A DNA stretch of 64,000 bases from NCBI GenBank assembly GCA_965112155.1, contig OZ218108.1. One strand, given 5' to 3'. The stretch is from Podarcis liolepis. Taxonomy: Eukaryota. Both the position numbers and the translations under genes were made by a program. Under the pieces are notes generated by a model. That model was given only the letters and a program-made list of their open reading frames with translations, made no database searches and had not been told where the DNA came from. The number at the start of each line of letters is the position of its first letter. Within the stretch, counting starts at the first letter, position 1. This document shows, in pieces, positions 1 to 13,226 of the stretch.

Positions 1-351
1 ACTGTAAATCAACTGACACGCGGACACATATTGTGGTTTAGATTTTGCAGAGACAAATGGGAGGGCAGGGAATTAAATCAGCTCCAGATTCCTCACGAAT
101 CCCTTTGTGTCCCTAGAGTAGAAACATTGACTCAGGACCCAGTTCTGTTCCCATTATTGAATAAAAAAATAGCGTCAGGCCACGGTTTCATATTATTTTA
201 GGTCAAAATAAATATACAGTATATGCAAATATTTGTTTTGGTAACTTATGTTAACTTCTGTGTACTTTCAAAAAACAGGTGTGCTCTGAATGATGTCGGA
301 ATGCTCCAGGATTATCCAGCATTTCACTCATTCAGATGCCTACACTTTTTA

Positions 352-594
352 TTATTTTTCAACTATTGAGAATACCCACATGACTTGTGATTTTCTGTAG
401 CTTTCATTCTTTATATTATGCAATTCATTCAGAATTGTTGTATGGCTTTTTAACTTAGCCATGTTTCTATGCTTCTTGGTAAATATTAAAGTCAGCACTA
501 TTCTTATTATATATGTGCAGGACCATGATGGTGGTACAACAGTTAATAAAACAGGACTGCCTATCTTTGTATGGGAAACATTTTTCTGTGTTGT
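352..594 (-). pseudogene. Fossil gene: TM-like segment and short cytoplasmic tail
   Basis: Acceptor ccctttttgtcacttggcag|; VLLTVVPPSWSCTYIIRIVLTLIF followed by basic TKKHR and ~40 aa tail to stop. Confidence 0.45.
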
Positions 595-1370
595 CTGCCA
601 AGTGACAAAAAGGGCCATTCTGCATTTTATTCATTTCAGAGGTTTACCTGGGTTTGACACCCAAGTGAAGAGTCCATACAGAGTTTCTGTTACCCAAGGT
701 TCCCTAAGAAGCAATGTTAAATTGCTCCCCAATGTGTCTTTGCATGACACAGAAGGTGAAACACCCAGAGAAACACCAGTGGAAGTATTGAGTTGAGGGC
801 CAACAAGACCGGTTTGATTGCCATAGCCAATTCAAAGGAAACATAAAGCCAGAATTGAATGGAGCCAAAACTAGAGTATATTCAGGGGGGTAGGAAATTG
901 AAGTTAGCACAAACCTAGAAGGCAGCCAAGGGAGAGGGATGACTGTGAAGCACCAGGTCCCACCTGCCCCTGAGGTTTGGCTGGCCAGACCTTTAGTGTG
1001 GCGGGCCCTGCCTTGTGAAACCCCTTCTTGATAGAGGTTTGGCAGGAATCATTCCGAATCATTTTAGACATCTTTTTTTAAAAAAGAAAAGCCTGTGTTA
1101 ATCAAGCAGGCCCTTAAAACCCAAAATCTTTAAAACCCGAGACCTGTGATTTCAGCTGAATTTGGGGAAACCACTTGAAGCATCCATTGTGTCAAGCTAT
1201 TTCAATTCCTTTTGTTTGATTTGCTCATTGCAAACAGCTGAAAGTCTGCAAATTTTTATAATAAACCTGATTTGCAATGGGAGTTGAATAATTTCAATTA
1301 CAACTGTATGAAGGTGCAATTTATAAATATTTAAGTGAAATAAATAAATCTTGGCTACATGGGGGGGGGG

Positions 1371-1835
1371 TGTCAGACAAAGGCCTGAGTCTCATCTGGA
1401 ACCTTTGAACTATAGGAGTGTTACCAGTGACCTGTAAAGAACAAATCCTTCAATTGCAAATACCTGATTCAGGAAAATAACTCAGAGACCCAATGGTGTT
1501 GGTTCAACACTCTATGTATCTTACTGAATATAAACTGGATGAACTTCTGTCTCCTTCCAACCAGTGAAGGCTGGTCTATTAAGGCAAATGGGATGCTGCC
1601 CCGTCAACTTCAGTCTGCCTTCAGCCAGCTCACACTTGCCATTATAACCAGTTCAGGGTGGGGAGCTTCATCCCTCTTATTCTCACACAGTGAAGATGAG
1701 GATGGGGACAAAGCTAGAATTCGTTGGTTCTGCCTGTCAATTGGACCTGGCTCTACCCACTGTTGGGTTTCCTGCCTTCCATCCTCCCTGTTCCAATGGG
1801 CATCAGTCACCACCACTTCTAACTATATAATTACA
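1371..1835 (-). mobile_element. Possible solo LTR
   Basis: TG...CA bounded ~465 bp segment with TATA-like motif on minus; no TSD found. Confidence 0.25.
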
Positions 1836-1859
1836 TGATTTCAATGTATTCTGCATATT

Positions 1860-2700
1860 TCAATTGCAATTATATCTGCTATGTTGGGATGGATATGGGC
1901 ATCTAAGCAACTTATGTGTCGTGTTGTCTGCTGCCTATTTCTGTTGCATTTGTTATGTGTATACTATGATGCTTGCATTCTGGCAGGAGGAAATGATATA
2001 TGGTCTGAATGCTGTCATACAAATAATTCTGTCTTGCTTTTTTGTCAATAAATACCTTGCAAAGCAGAAAGGGAAGAGGGTTCTTGAGCCATATTGTGTA
2101 ATTTATGGCTAAACAGTAAGCACAATAAAGAAACTCGTGTGTAATATGTGAGACCATCTTATGTGTGCTCTTAAGTGTCATCTATATTCGTATAATAATC
2201 ATGGATCAGCACCAGGAATTAGGTTCTTTCAATATCTTCCACTGCTATGTGTCATATACATCTGTGACAAGTGACATTACAGAAGGTCATGTCACTTTTA
2301 ACTGCTTGCATTAGAGCTTTCTGATTTCCCCGGTGCCTTTCCTTTGTTTGATTAATAATGCTGGATTTCAAGCAAGGTTGCAGACAGCAAAATTTAAAGC
2401 ACAGATTCTGAAGCAATGTTAAGCATTTCCCCCCCTACATAAACCTTAAGTAAAATACTGTTTCCTTAATGTTTGCCCTATAATATTTTTTTCGACTATT
2501 TAGATGCTATGCCATCCAAAGGTCTGAGAAGGAACAGCAGTGCCTTATAAAGCAAAGCTGAAATGATCCTAAATAACTACAGAATAAATGCAGTTGAAAT
2601 GTATATGCTGTGGAATAAACTTTCTCTCCAACAAGTCGGCTGCATTACTTGCATTGCCCCCAATAACACATGAGTTATTTGAACAGAAAGATAGAACCAA
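1860..2700 (-). pseudogene. Fossil gene: membrane-proximal degenerate EGF-like repeats
   Basis: FCSNNSCVIGG...HFNCIY, frameshift, YLGSF (2555-2690); ICMT...ISSCQNAS...RCPYPSQHSRYNC (1866-2030). Confidence 0.55.
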
Positions 2701-3067
2701 AGACAGAGGATGGAGGGAGTGTTGTTCTCTCACCCCTGAGAACCACACTTTGGTTCCTACAACACCTTCAGGTGATCCTTTGAATCGACAGTGAAAATGA
2801 AACATTGATGGCCTGCTCCAGCACAAACAGTAGCAGAAGCTACATTAACACTCATATTTTTGGCACTCCTCCTGTGCTGCTCTTTTCAACTTATAAGGAT
2901 AAAAGGAAGTATTGCTGTTTAGTGGGAAAGCATTGCTAGGAAAGGGATTGAGGGGGGGGGCTTAAAAAAAACCAAGTAAAAATAATGGTCTCTAAAAAGT
3001 ATTTGTATAAGTTCTTCACACAACTCTATAGACTTCCAAACTGCAGTTCACATAGAAACCTAGCATA

Positions 3068-3390
3068 CAGTGGTGCCCCGCAAGACGAATGCCTCGCAAG
3101 ACGGAAAACTCGCTAGACGAAAGAGTTTTCCGTTTTGGAGGTGCTTCGCAAAACGAATTTCCTATGGGCTTGCTTTGCAAGACGACAATGTCTTGCGAGT
3201 TCCTGCTGGTTTTTCCCCTCCCCCCCTTTTTCTAAGCCGCTAAGCCGCTTATCAGCTGATCCGATCAGCAGATAAGCCGCTAATAGCGCTAATCCGCTAA
3301 TCCGTCAATGGGCTTGCTTCGCAAGACGAAAAAACTGCTAGACGAAGAGAATCACAGAACGGATTCTTTTCGTCTTGCGAGGCACCACTG
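3068..3390. mobile_element. Tigger/pogo-type MITE
   Basis: TIRs CAGTGGTGCC(C/T)CGCAAGACGAA, TA TSD on both sides, repeated subterminal CGCAAGACG motifs. Confidence 0.9.
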
Positions 3391-4697
3391 TATAAGGACT
3401 TCAGTAGCGTGTGGTCAGTGGACTAGGGGGACTAGGCTAGTCCCCTCAATGTTCCCCTGGCACTTCCTTCCCAAAGCCTGGGAAGTTTCTGTCTGGCTTA
3501 GAGAGGAAGATGCGATGCCTCTGGCCTGAACTGTTCCCCTATGGAAAATTTCACTGCATGCTGCTGAATGGCTTCTTCCTTACTTTCTCCATGACTTGTT
3601 CATGAATTCCATTTCCTGTTAAGGACAAGCCAGAAATATATTTTCTGATTCTAGCAAGATCTTCCCATCACCACTTATGCCCTTCCACTTCTCAGCAATA
3701 TGGGGAGAGAGATGGCTGGGAAAGAGAAACTGAAAGGATAGAGGCAGGCGTGCTTCATTTAGTTTTTTTAGCTTTCATCAAGAGTAGTTGGGAGGAAATG
3801 ATCAAGGTTACCTACCCCCGCAGTATTATCAAGGAAAGGGTAAAAAGACCAAATAGATTTTCAGTGAGAGTTTGCTCATCACAAATAATGACCAATTTGG
3901 GATGGAGATTATTCATTGCCACAATTTATTTCTAAAAGGGGAAATACTTCTTTCCATCGACTGCCCCTTCTCTAGCCTACACTGTGTATATCCATTCTCT
4001 TACAAGCCTTAGCAGTCACCTCCCCCCCCCAGCTATTTAATAGGGATAACTACTCACAAAGACTAGTCAGCTTAATAGGCAAACTTCTCTATCATCGAAT
4101 CACATAGATAGCCCTGTTCATAATCTGTTCTGAGAAAATGGCTAGGATTAATCTCATGTGTAGAAACAACCTACGGTATAGATTTTCCTGAATCTTATAC
4201 TGAGGTAGTAGTTACTTTGAATATTTCTAAAAAGCCTTCTTACACATAGAATTTAAGAAACCAGGGTATTTTATACGGTTATTGTTAGTAGTAGTATTTA
4301 TTCATCTTTGTATCACATGTCATTATCAGATATATCTATGCCATGCATAATATTTCAATTGGAAACCAAAACAATGAAAACAAAACAATTTTGAGGCGAA
4401 ATATATTAAAGAAATAACCCTCGCCTTCTGCATACACTGTATTGTTCATGTGAGAGTGTTGTTAACTCCTACCTTAAATCTAAACTGTTACAAGGGTTAA
4501 GCATGCAAAGGCTTTTGGTACATATTGGCTGTTAATACATATATCAGAAGTCATGATAAGTCATAAAACAAGCCATAGAGAATTTCTGGTTTGCACATTC
4601 CCCAGCCCTCCATTCGTTTCCCCATTTCCTACAACCAGGAGAATGTGTTTTGGCTCTTTCACTTCCCCTTTTGATCAACTACAGCATGTTACTTAGT

Positions 4698-6863
4698 TCA
4701 GACTTGGAATTGTGCTAAAATTTTACTATGGTAGCTTCCAGTAGCTACCGTTCGAAGATTGTTTGAAATAACCATATTAATCTTAACCACAGTTTGTTCG
4801 TCTTGATAGTATGGCAAAGCACAGTTAAGTAAAACCAAATGCAGCAGTTTCTGGATAAGCAGGGGGAGGGAAGAAGGGAAGTGAATGAGCCTGATGCTCA
4901 CTGCAGCTTGTTGCCACAACAGACCGTCAGTCATGGCCATATGGCCATAGTGTGATCATGCAAAATATGGTTGCAAACTGTCTAGTAACTACAGTAATAC
5001 TATAAATAATACAGTGTCAACATGCAAATAGTGTCCTGTTAGGTGAAGGTCGCAATCTTTCAGTGGTTGAAAAAAATCTACTGTTTCTTCAATTCCATTT
5101 CTATGCTTCTCAATGTGTGCCTTTTGTATATCTTAGTGTTCTAGCACTCAGTTAAGGAGTCCTTGTCCTTGGACTCTTTACCTTCAGGGACCACCTTTTA
5201 CTTTGTTTTTGGTCTGCTATATATACAGTCGTACAGCTTGCTTTTTACAATGATAAGTTAGTTTCCACCCAATCATTGCAAATCTCCTTTCAGTTCAAGG
5301 ATCAATTGCTTGGCAGGGCTATGAGAGTCCTGGAAAGGAGATCACAGCTGCTTCACTCCTTTCTGGTTGCTTTGCTCTAGGGCTGTGCTGACCTAAGCCA
5401 TAGTTTGCCTTAGTGTGCCATCAAAATCCTAGTTTTGGCTCTAACCATGAGCCATAACGAAGGTTTGTCCTATATAGGTTACTCCTAATGGTTTGTCCCG
5501 GAGAAGTATACCACAAGTCTGGGTTCAAATGACATGCTAAACCAAACTATGACTTAGCTGAGTGGCAAACAGCAGCAAAGTGACGAGTGCAGACTCGGCG
5601 TGCACATTCATAATGAGCCATGCTTTTTTCCTAACATAGCATTCAAATCAGGGCACCATCTTGATGGGATTGTATACAGGACAAAGCTTTTCAGAGTATT
5701 ACCATCGTTTGAATCTGTAGGTTAAATTTTCCTATTGTGCATTTATTTGGAAATATTTAATAAAGATTTCCAACCACGGAAGGCTTAATGATTTGGCAGA
5801 ACAAAACACTACCTTGTTGACTCATGACAACTACTCCTGTTTGTGTCTGCAGGTAGTGGAGGACATGCTAGAGGACGAGGAAGAAGAGGATGACAGAGAT
5901 GACAAGGTAATTATCTTTCCTAGCACTTGGGTACCTGGGGATAGGAGAATTTAGACATGACACTGTTCTTGCAGACAGTTAAAAAGGAGCTGAAGTGTTT
6001 TTAGTCCAGAAAATTGGACAGAGCTGTTTATCATCCTAACAATGCCAGTGTATATTGTAGGGAGGGAAAGAGGACTATAAATCCTCCCTTTTTTGTCCAG
6101 AGCTGGGTCAATTTTTTTTTCCTCCTACCAGGAACAAAAATAATTCAGCTTCTCTGGAACTTGATAGCTGTTGTGAAGATAACTGCAGTGACAACTGTTT
6201 TTGAAGGACAAAAATTTGTCCTGTCTTGAGTATTACAAATAGGGCTGTACTTACTTGTGGGAAGAAATGTTGTAAAAATAGAAAAGCCACACTGTTTGAA
6301 GGTGGTCTATTGCCATCTATAATTTTCTGAGAATTACTTGGCAGAAGAATGTTTGGTGCGTGTTTCACTCCGTATGATATTTAAATAATCACAATTCTCA
6401 TGGGCCTCTTACAGATGGATTTGGGATTGGTGTTGTGCAGCCCAGCATCAACCTAAGGGACTATGGTAGCTCTTTTAGCTCTTGAGAATGTTGCTCAGTT
6501 CCTAGGTTGCTGGTCAGGTCGAGGATTTGCCACCACAGTAAATAACAGCTAGTTTATACAGGTTATTGAAGCAAGCAATAGGACTGCATGGTTGTCCCTA
6601 GAGGGGAGGGAAGAGGCACAGAGAGGAAATTAGAATGACCTTGTAAGAGTGAAGCAATGGCATTAGTTGGCAGGACTGGTTTGTGGGGAAGTAAAAGTAC
6701 AGCAAGATAAATGTTTTGTTGTGTTTTAAGTTTTGAAATGAGGGTATTTATAGAGAAAAGTATTCAGATTCTTTTAAAGCACTTCACGTTAAGTACAGAA
6801 AACATTGACCTTTACAAACGTTCTTGTACTTCTGTTGTAATAAAGCACTGACTTTTTTTAAGG
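4698..6863 (-). pseudogene. Fossil gene: membrane-proximal cadherin remnants on both sides of MCTP1 exon 5853-5906
   Basis: IIDGNRPPSNSVAFLFLQ (DGG.PP.SS.A-like) with donor CAA|gtaagt at 6255; LHLVLLNCALPYYQDEQTVVKINMVISNN after a strong acceptor at 4850. Confidence 0.6.
5853..5906 (+). CDS. MCTP1: MCTP1 internal exon (acidic loop VVEDMLEDEEEEDDRDDK)
   Basis: ctgcag|GTAGTG...GACAAG|gtaatt; 54 nt, phase 0/0; matches recalled human MCTP1 VVEDMLEDEEEEDDKDDK. Confidence 0.96.
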
Positions 6864-8459
6864 CTAGAGAAAGAAAGAAAAAGTATCTTAATTTATGCCC
6901 TTGACCTTTGTTGCTAGTAGAGATGTACAGTTCTGTACCGCTATAAGAATTCGTAGGCTGGCAGCTACTAAACATTTCAAGTGTCAGAAAATTCACTGTG
7001 ATTAGTTAGCCCTTTGAACAATTAAGGTCTGTGTTTTGAAAGATGAAAATTTGGACTATTTCCTTATTATCTTAACATTCAAGAGACAGAGATAGCATTT
7101 CCCCCCCTATACACATTTAAATCATTTTGCTACAAGCTGCAATCATGAAATAACGTCATACCTAAATTTTCTTTGTGCAAAGCCACGTGTGCTTTCTTTC
7201 AGTACTACATAGTGTGTATATGTCTGGCAACAGAATATGTGATTTATTGTGAAGGTCAGCCATGTAGATGTAGTGAGCTTGTATATTAACTCAAAAGCAT
7301 TTCTCCTCTGATAAACGTAGGTCTGCTATCCATTTGTGAGTATTTTCCTCCTCTTGTTCATATTTCATTATAATTATAGCATATTATATGGGAATGTCCA
7401 GTAATTTTTGTATCCATAGAAATAGCTTCAACACCTGCAAAATGTATACACATAAGTACTTCTAATATACCCTTTGTTTAAATAAATCTTAGCTACTTAG
7501 TAATTAAGGAATTGACCTATTCTTTTTGTTACTAAGTAATCAAGAAAAGTATTTTATTGTCTTGTGTAAATTACTTAACAAGCAAACCATACTAAGCTAA
7601 AAATAGCATACTATCTGAAATGGTATTTGGCAGTCTGAACCCAACAAAATGGTTCCAAAATACTTCTTGAATATAACTACTCAAGCCATGAATATATGAA
7701 TTCAGTGCTATTTATTCTTATGGGAAAACATTTAGACTGAATATTCACAACATAATGTTCATAAGTGTCTGGGTTTATGTAACACTATAGTTTGATGCAA
7801 ATAATGTACACAGGATTATTTTGCAAAGCATTCCTAGAGACTAGACACTGTATTTTTAGAAGAGAACCTTTACATTTGCAGAATTTTAGAAGGATTAGTT
7901 TTAGTTCTCCTCCATACCCTAAACTAGACTTGTATTGCATGGATAATTGTGTATAATACACAACAAGAGTGAATTCACACATTTTAACGGTGTGTATAAT
8001 ACAGTTTTGAGAGAAAACAAATGTAAATTCTGCAGTGTTGATTGATGCTGACCTCTAGCTCTCATTACTTTTCTGTTTTCTCATTTGGTAAAATAGCAAA
8101 GTGAGGTCAGTGGGTCCCCTTATAGAATAAAAGTCAAAAGATTAATAAATGTGCCAAAGCCTCACTTTAATTGAAGCTGAAGCATATGTTGCAAGCATAT
8201 AAAATATGTCCCAGATGTTTGACCATGCCAAGTAACTTAGTTTTCCCCGATTACCACAAGGCAACTATTAGTCCAGTAACCTTTGGACTTGGGGGTAAAT
8301 AGGGTATTACATGGCAGACAACAAGAGCACCTGTTTTCCATTCAATAAAGACCTTTGGCAAGCTTTGCCTAAACTGCGCCATATGTTTTCACTTAGCAGA
8401 TAGTTGGGTGATTATGAAAAGTGTCTTTCCTCAGAACTGGTATAGATATTTGCCTCTTA

Positions 8460-9285
8460 CTCAAAACGAATGGATAACTCCTTGACTACTTCTAGAAAGC
8501 CTGTGTGGGCACTTCCTGCAATAGGTTTTTAGATGAAAAGGGTTTTCTCTCTGATGGCCCCAAAGAAACTGTAGATTCATGAGCAGAATAATTAACCTTT
8601 CTGTGATATATGTTTGTTAGTAGCCTATGAGGAGCTTTTAAGTGGCTGGAGAAGGGTAGTTCTGATAAATAATCTTGCCCACTCAAATATTACTTCAGTA
8701 CTGATCGCATTACATTGTTCTGACTTGCTCTTCCACTGATGTTCAAGTCATGTACCACGTAACACTCTTATCTTGTTTGCTGTTATCCTGTTTAAAGCAT
8801 TCTAAATATTACATATTGAATATCATTCATTGAATATTATTACATATTATATATTGAATATTCAGTTGGTTAAATTCAAATCAGTGGGTGATAACCAGTG
8901 TCAGTCATACTCAGAGTAGATCCATGGAAATAAATTGAGTTAAGTCTGTTCATTTTGACAGGCCTACTCTGAGTATTACTAACATTGGATATAACCCAAT
9001 AGGTAAAACTCAGTACTGCTAGACTAAGCCCCAAATGTTGCAGAATTCCAATTTCCTACATATGTAGCTACCGCTTATTCTGCAAATTCCTCCCTCTGAC
9101 CACCTATTCCAGCTGTGCCTGCATCTTGAACTAAGGGGTGTGATCAGCTCTGCTAGTGTTTCGTCAGACAGTCAAATAATTTGAAACTCCAGATCACCTC
9201 ATCAACGTAAGAATACCTGCCTGCCTTGTGTGATGGCAAAAGCCATCACCTATTTGATGCCCGCTGGTTGGCTCTGGAATCCTTC
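8460..9285 (-). pseudogene. Fossil gene: cadherin-like remnants
   Basis: GDGFCHHTRQAGILTLMR (9197-9250); KVNYSA and SAHTGFLEVVKELS (TG.L.V.K.LD-like, 8470-8515). Confidence 0.55.
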
Positions 9286-10251
9286 AGAAAGGACAGGATG
9301 AAAAATCAGATACAATAAAAGATAACAGAAAAATTGTTTGGTTTCCACAACCCCTTGGTCCAAACAAGCTACTCTTATAACTTTGACTTTCCCAATATGT
9401 ACTTAAATTGGTGCTGGTTTTACTTGGGACAGTCAGGAATTAATCATGCCCATCTTCAAAGCCATGTCTCTTCACAAATTTTACAACTCTGTTTCTAGGG
9501 GCTGTCACTCAAATTAAAAATGTCTTGTTTCTTGTGTTAAATGCAGAATTAGCCATATTAACATTTTCTTCAAAGTGTTAATAACTAAAAGACACTCTAA
9601 GCATCACTTTTGAAAGCAGCCTTGATCTATCATAATGCAGCAATCGTTCCTGATCTCACATTAAGGCAATTGACATCAAAAGCAGCACTGTATGGTTCTG
9701 AATTAACTTGCAGTAGCCATTCTGAGTTCAGCATTGAGAGATCACATTTGGACTTGTGTTAGTCTCTCTGGGACTGTGGGTTTGCAAACTATTGAATACA
9801 TTACTCTGATTCTTGCAAGGAGCTTTTTTTCTCTCGTCAAATATAATATACATAACAGTGATCAATTTATTGAGTATTCCAAGTATAACGCAAGTCATAT
9901 TGAAGGCAGTTCTTAACTTTATTAACTGTTTAGGAACATAAACTAAATTAGATTTCTCTCTTTACTAAAATGCCCCTGGATTTAGGGAACTTGTTACTTA
10001 AATGTATAGATAAACGTTCTAAGAATGGGTTTACAAAATAACACAATGGAAATATATTTGCTGGGAATTTCTGAATCTAATGAGGTTATGTAATTATTTA
10101 TTATAGAATTAAACATTTTAATTACTGTATGTCCAAGCTCTGGACAAGGACATTTTAAAACTATAGCCCTGGAGTATTAAAGAGAATATTAAAAATGAAC
10201 TGCTTGTTAAAAATAATTCTCTGCCCATCTCTAGTCACGATAATGCTTCCT

Positions 10252-10253
<2 letters not shown>

Positions 10254-10295
<42 letters not shown>
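10254..10295. repeat. (CA)n microsatellite
   Basis: Direct read. Confidence 0.97.
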
Positions 10296-10297
<2 letters not shown>

Positions 10298-10715
10298 TCA
10301 GTGCCAGGTTTGCCCTTGTTTGCTTTCTTTCCCATCAATTGCATTCTGACACTTTTGCCAAAGGTACACATTTCCCACAATTTCAGATGTCCGCTTATGT
10401 CCTTAGTTGGCACTTAAGTTCCATGTTCCAAGTAATCAACTTTCTGATATATAAGCACAGTGGCTTAGTTTGAATGTGATGCTAACCCAAATTATGGTCT
10501 AGCACAAGAATGCAAGCATGTAGAGAGATCACTGCCATTTTGACAGTTCCCCTCTGATAGTTTTGCTGCCATGCTGAACTAAGCCATGGTTTGGTTTGGG
10601 GTGAAAAGGAGTCCTTCTGTGGAATGTATTTGTTCATACCTCCTAGGAACCTTCCACTAACCAGCTCCACCCATTATATCAAAGTTTCTGGCTTGCAGAT
10701 GGGCCTGAGCTTATA

Positions 10716-11024
10716 CAGGCACACCTTGCGCTTTACAGATACTGCTCTTTATGAGGGCACGGGTGCAGCTGTGGGCAGCTCAGCTGCTTCCAGGGAAAGG
10801 AAGCCTCCTGCTGCCATCGCCCCTCTTCTGACCTGGCTAGGGCTAGAGCTTGGTTTCCCCCCCTGCAGCCAGCAAGCCTGGCTTAATAGACTATACTATA
10901 GTGTAAACATAACTTTTATATGCACTGGGAAACTTTTAAAAAATGGTGCGACTCACTTTATTGCGATACTTGTTTTATTGCGGTCGTCTGGAACCAAACC
11001 CAGCATATCTCCGAGGTATGCCTG
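10716..11024 (+). mobile_element. Tigger1-like non-autonomous DNA transposon
   Basis: TA|CAGGCACACCT...ATATCTCCGAGGTATGCCTG|TA; 3' ~125 bp resembles the recalled Tigger1 end. Confidence 0.85.
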
Positions 11025-11598
11025 TACATTTTTCTTTTCGGAAATTAGCCATTGGCTATATAGGTGTAATTCATGCTGGTGAACAACCAAGATGTTAGAA
11101 CTAATGGCCATGAAGATTAATGGGAAAGGAAAATTAGATCTGGTCTTGAGAATTTTCCTTCTGTGAAGTTTTATTTGTTTAACTGTGCTATATTCTTTGG
11201 CTTTCTTACTCTTCCAAATAGGGTCATATACTGGAAGATTAGTAATAACTGCTTCCATGCAAGCTAATTCTGTGGTGGTTCTGCATTGTGGAAAAAAGTG
11301 TGTTCTGGTTATTCTTGGAAGCTACATATCTCATGACATTTTAACTGGCAGGGACTAATTTAATTTGTTTGAGTGTAGTATTTTTTAAAAAATGGTGCAA
11401 CTCTGATTCCATAACGTTAATCACTCTGCCTAATAAATGGTGAGTGCCAACAGGATTGAAGCTCATTTGAGACCACAGACAAACAAGAGGGCAAAACCAC
11501 TGAGGACTGAGTACGTTCAGTAGCCACAGAATATTAGAATGGCAGCAAGGAAGTTCAGAAATGGTTCTGTGACCAGCTAGGGCAGAATGGTGGAATAC

Positions 11599-12655
11599 CT
11601 TCCTTGGTGTGAACGTCTGTTTAAAATCCTCAACAAGAGCATTCCTTTTAGTAAGGAGGATACAGTGCGACATCTTGTTGTACGTCCCACTTGTTTCCTG
11701 CCTGTTTTTCTGCAAAAATATTTGTGTTGACATAAGATGTTTTGTCACTATACACCTGAGAAAGAAAGAAAAAGGGGGTAATACCTTCTTAAAATGTTAG
11801 TGTTGGTTTGACTTGGGGTCAAAATGTGCAGCAAGAAGAGCAGGTTTTTAAAAAACATGCTCATATATAAATATGTTCAAGGATGGATTATCAATGGCGC
11901 AGTTGTTGATGTTTTCAAGGGGCCCCAGGATCTGACTTTACTTTTTTTAAAAAAGGAAGTTAGGCAGCCCTCTCAGAAAGAAACTTAGGAGGCAGGCAGG
12001 TTCAGTCAGCCTCACTCCTTCCACCATTCTGCCTTTTTAGCCAAGGAGTTTCTAATTAATCAGATTAGTTTGTAATTCCTTTGTTTGGGATATGACACTT
12101 TCAGCGACTTCCACATTCTATATACAAGCAAGCACTATAGCCACCAAGGGAGGAAAGAAGTTGTTCCTCTGTGTTCCTTCAACCGCCTGCTGCCCCCAGA
12201 ACCGGGAATGTGCAATTGCAAGTGGATATAGAATAACTGAAGAAGGGGGCAGAACTTTTACATGTATGCTCATATCTTCCGGTCCCAGTTCAAATTAAGT
12301 GAAGGGAGTTCACTCATCTCTACCCAAAATGGCCTTGCTTACCATCAGTGGTATCTGCAAGACCTGGCAAGATGCTTTATGTGCATTTTCGAGGTGGTAA
12401 TTTTTTTATAAAGAGTATCAATATGCGTAGAGGTAAATTACAACACTATTTCAGTTTCTATATTTTGTAGTGGCTATTTCCATTCACTACTCAGCATTGT
12501 GGAAGTTACTCAAGAAGATACCTAATTCATATATTAATACTTCATTGGAATAATCAACAATTCTTTCTTTCTTTTTGAACAAATCAGTATAGTGTGTTTG
12601 CTTACACATTTCTTTGGGGTACATCATTCCCACTATTCTTCTGACACTCATTCTT
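11599..12655 (-). pseudogene. Fossil gene: cadherin-like exon remnants
   Basis: RIVDYSNEVLIYELGI (~12515-12565); strong acceptor ttttctttctttctcag| then VYSDKTSYVNTNIFAEKQAG (11755). Confidence 0.5.
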
Positions 12656-13226
12656 CTAAATATATACATTTAGAATATGAGCTGTCTAGCCCTCTTGTAT
12701 GGCTGGAGCACTTTTGTGAATAAGTAGGTTACATTTCTTAATCTTTTCAAGGGTTTTTCTTTTTAAGAGACTTTCCTTTTCAGTGTCGCACCCTCCCCCA
12801 CAAGTACATTTCTTCTGCTTTTGCCCTGTGGAAAGAAATTAGAACTGTGATTTGGTATGCTAAATTACCTGTACTAAAAACTGTAATTTGCAATATTAAG
12901 TCATCACTGTCATAGTTTTAGAGTTCTTTCCTCTTAAATCAACCAGCCCTAATTACTTTTTTATTATTAAAGATGTTCATAGTGGCAATGAAGCTAGCTG
13001 AAAGTGTTAGTAACAGTAAAGTGTATTGCCCACTTAAACCTATTCCAAACAAATTGTATCCTTTTTTGCATTATAAGCCCATAATTTCAGTTTAAGCATC
13101 CCCCCCCTCTTTTATCCTTTACCTTTCTAATGGTATCCAAGCATTACAATCTGATATCATGACATTGCATCAAGTTGGAGGGGTTAGTTAGACATTAGTA
13201 TGTGTATTGAGCTCAGGATACTGCTA

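Noticed and set aside
10591-11082. 163-aa plus-strand ORF
   Set aside because: Runs through the Tigger1-like element; no protein features
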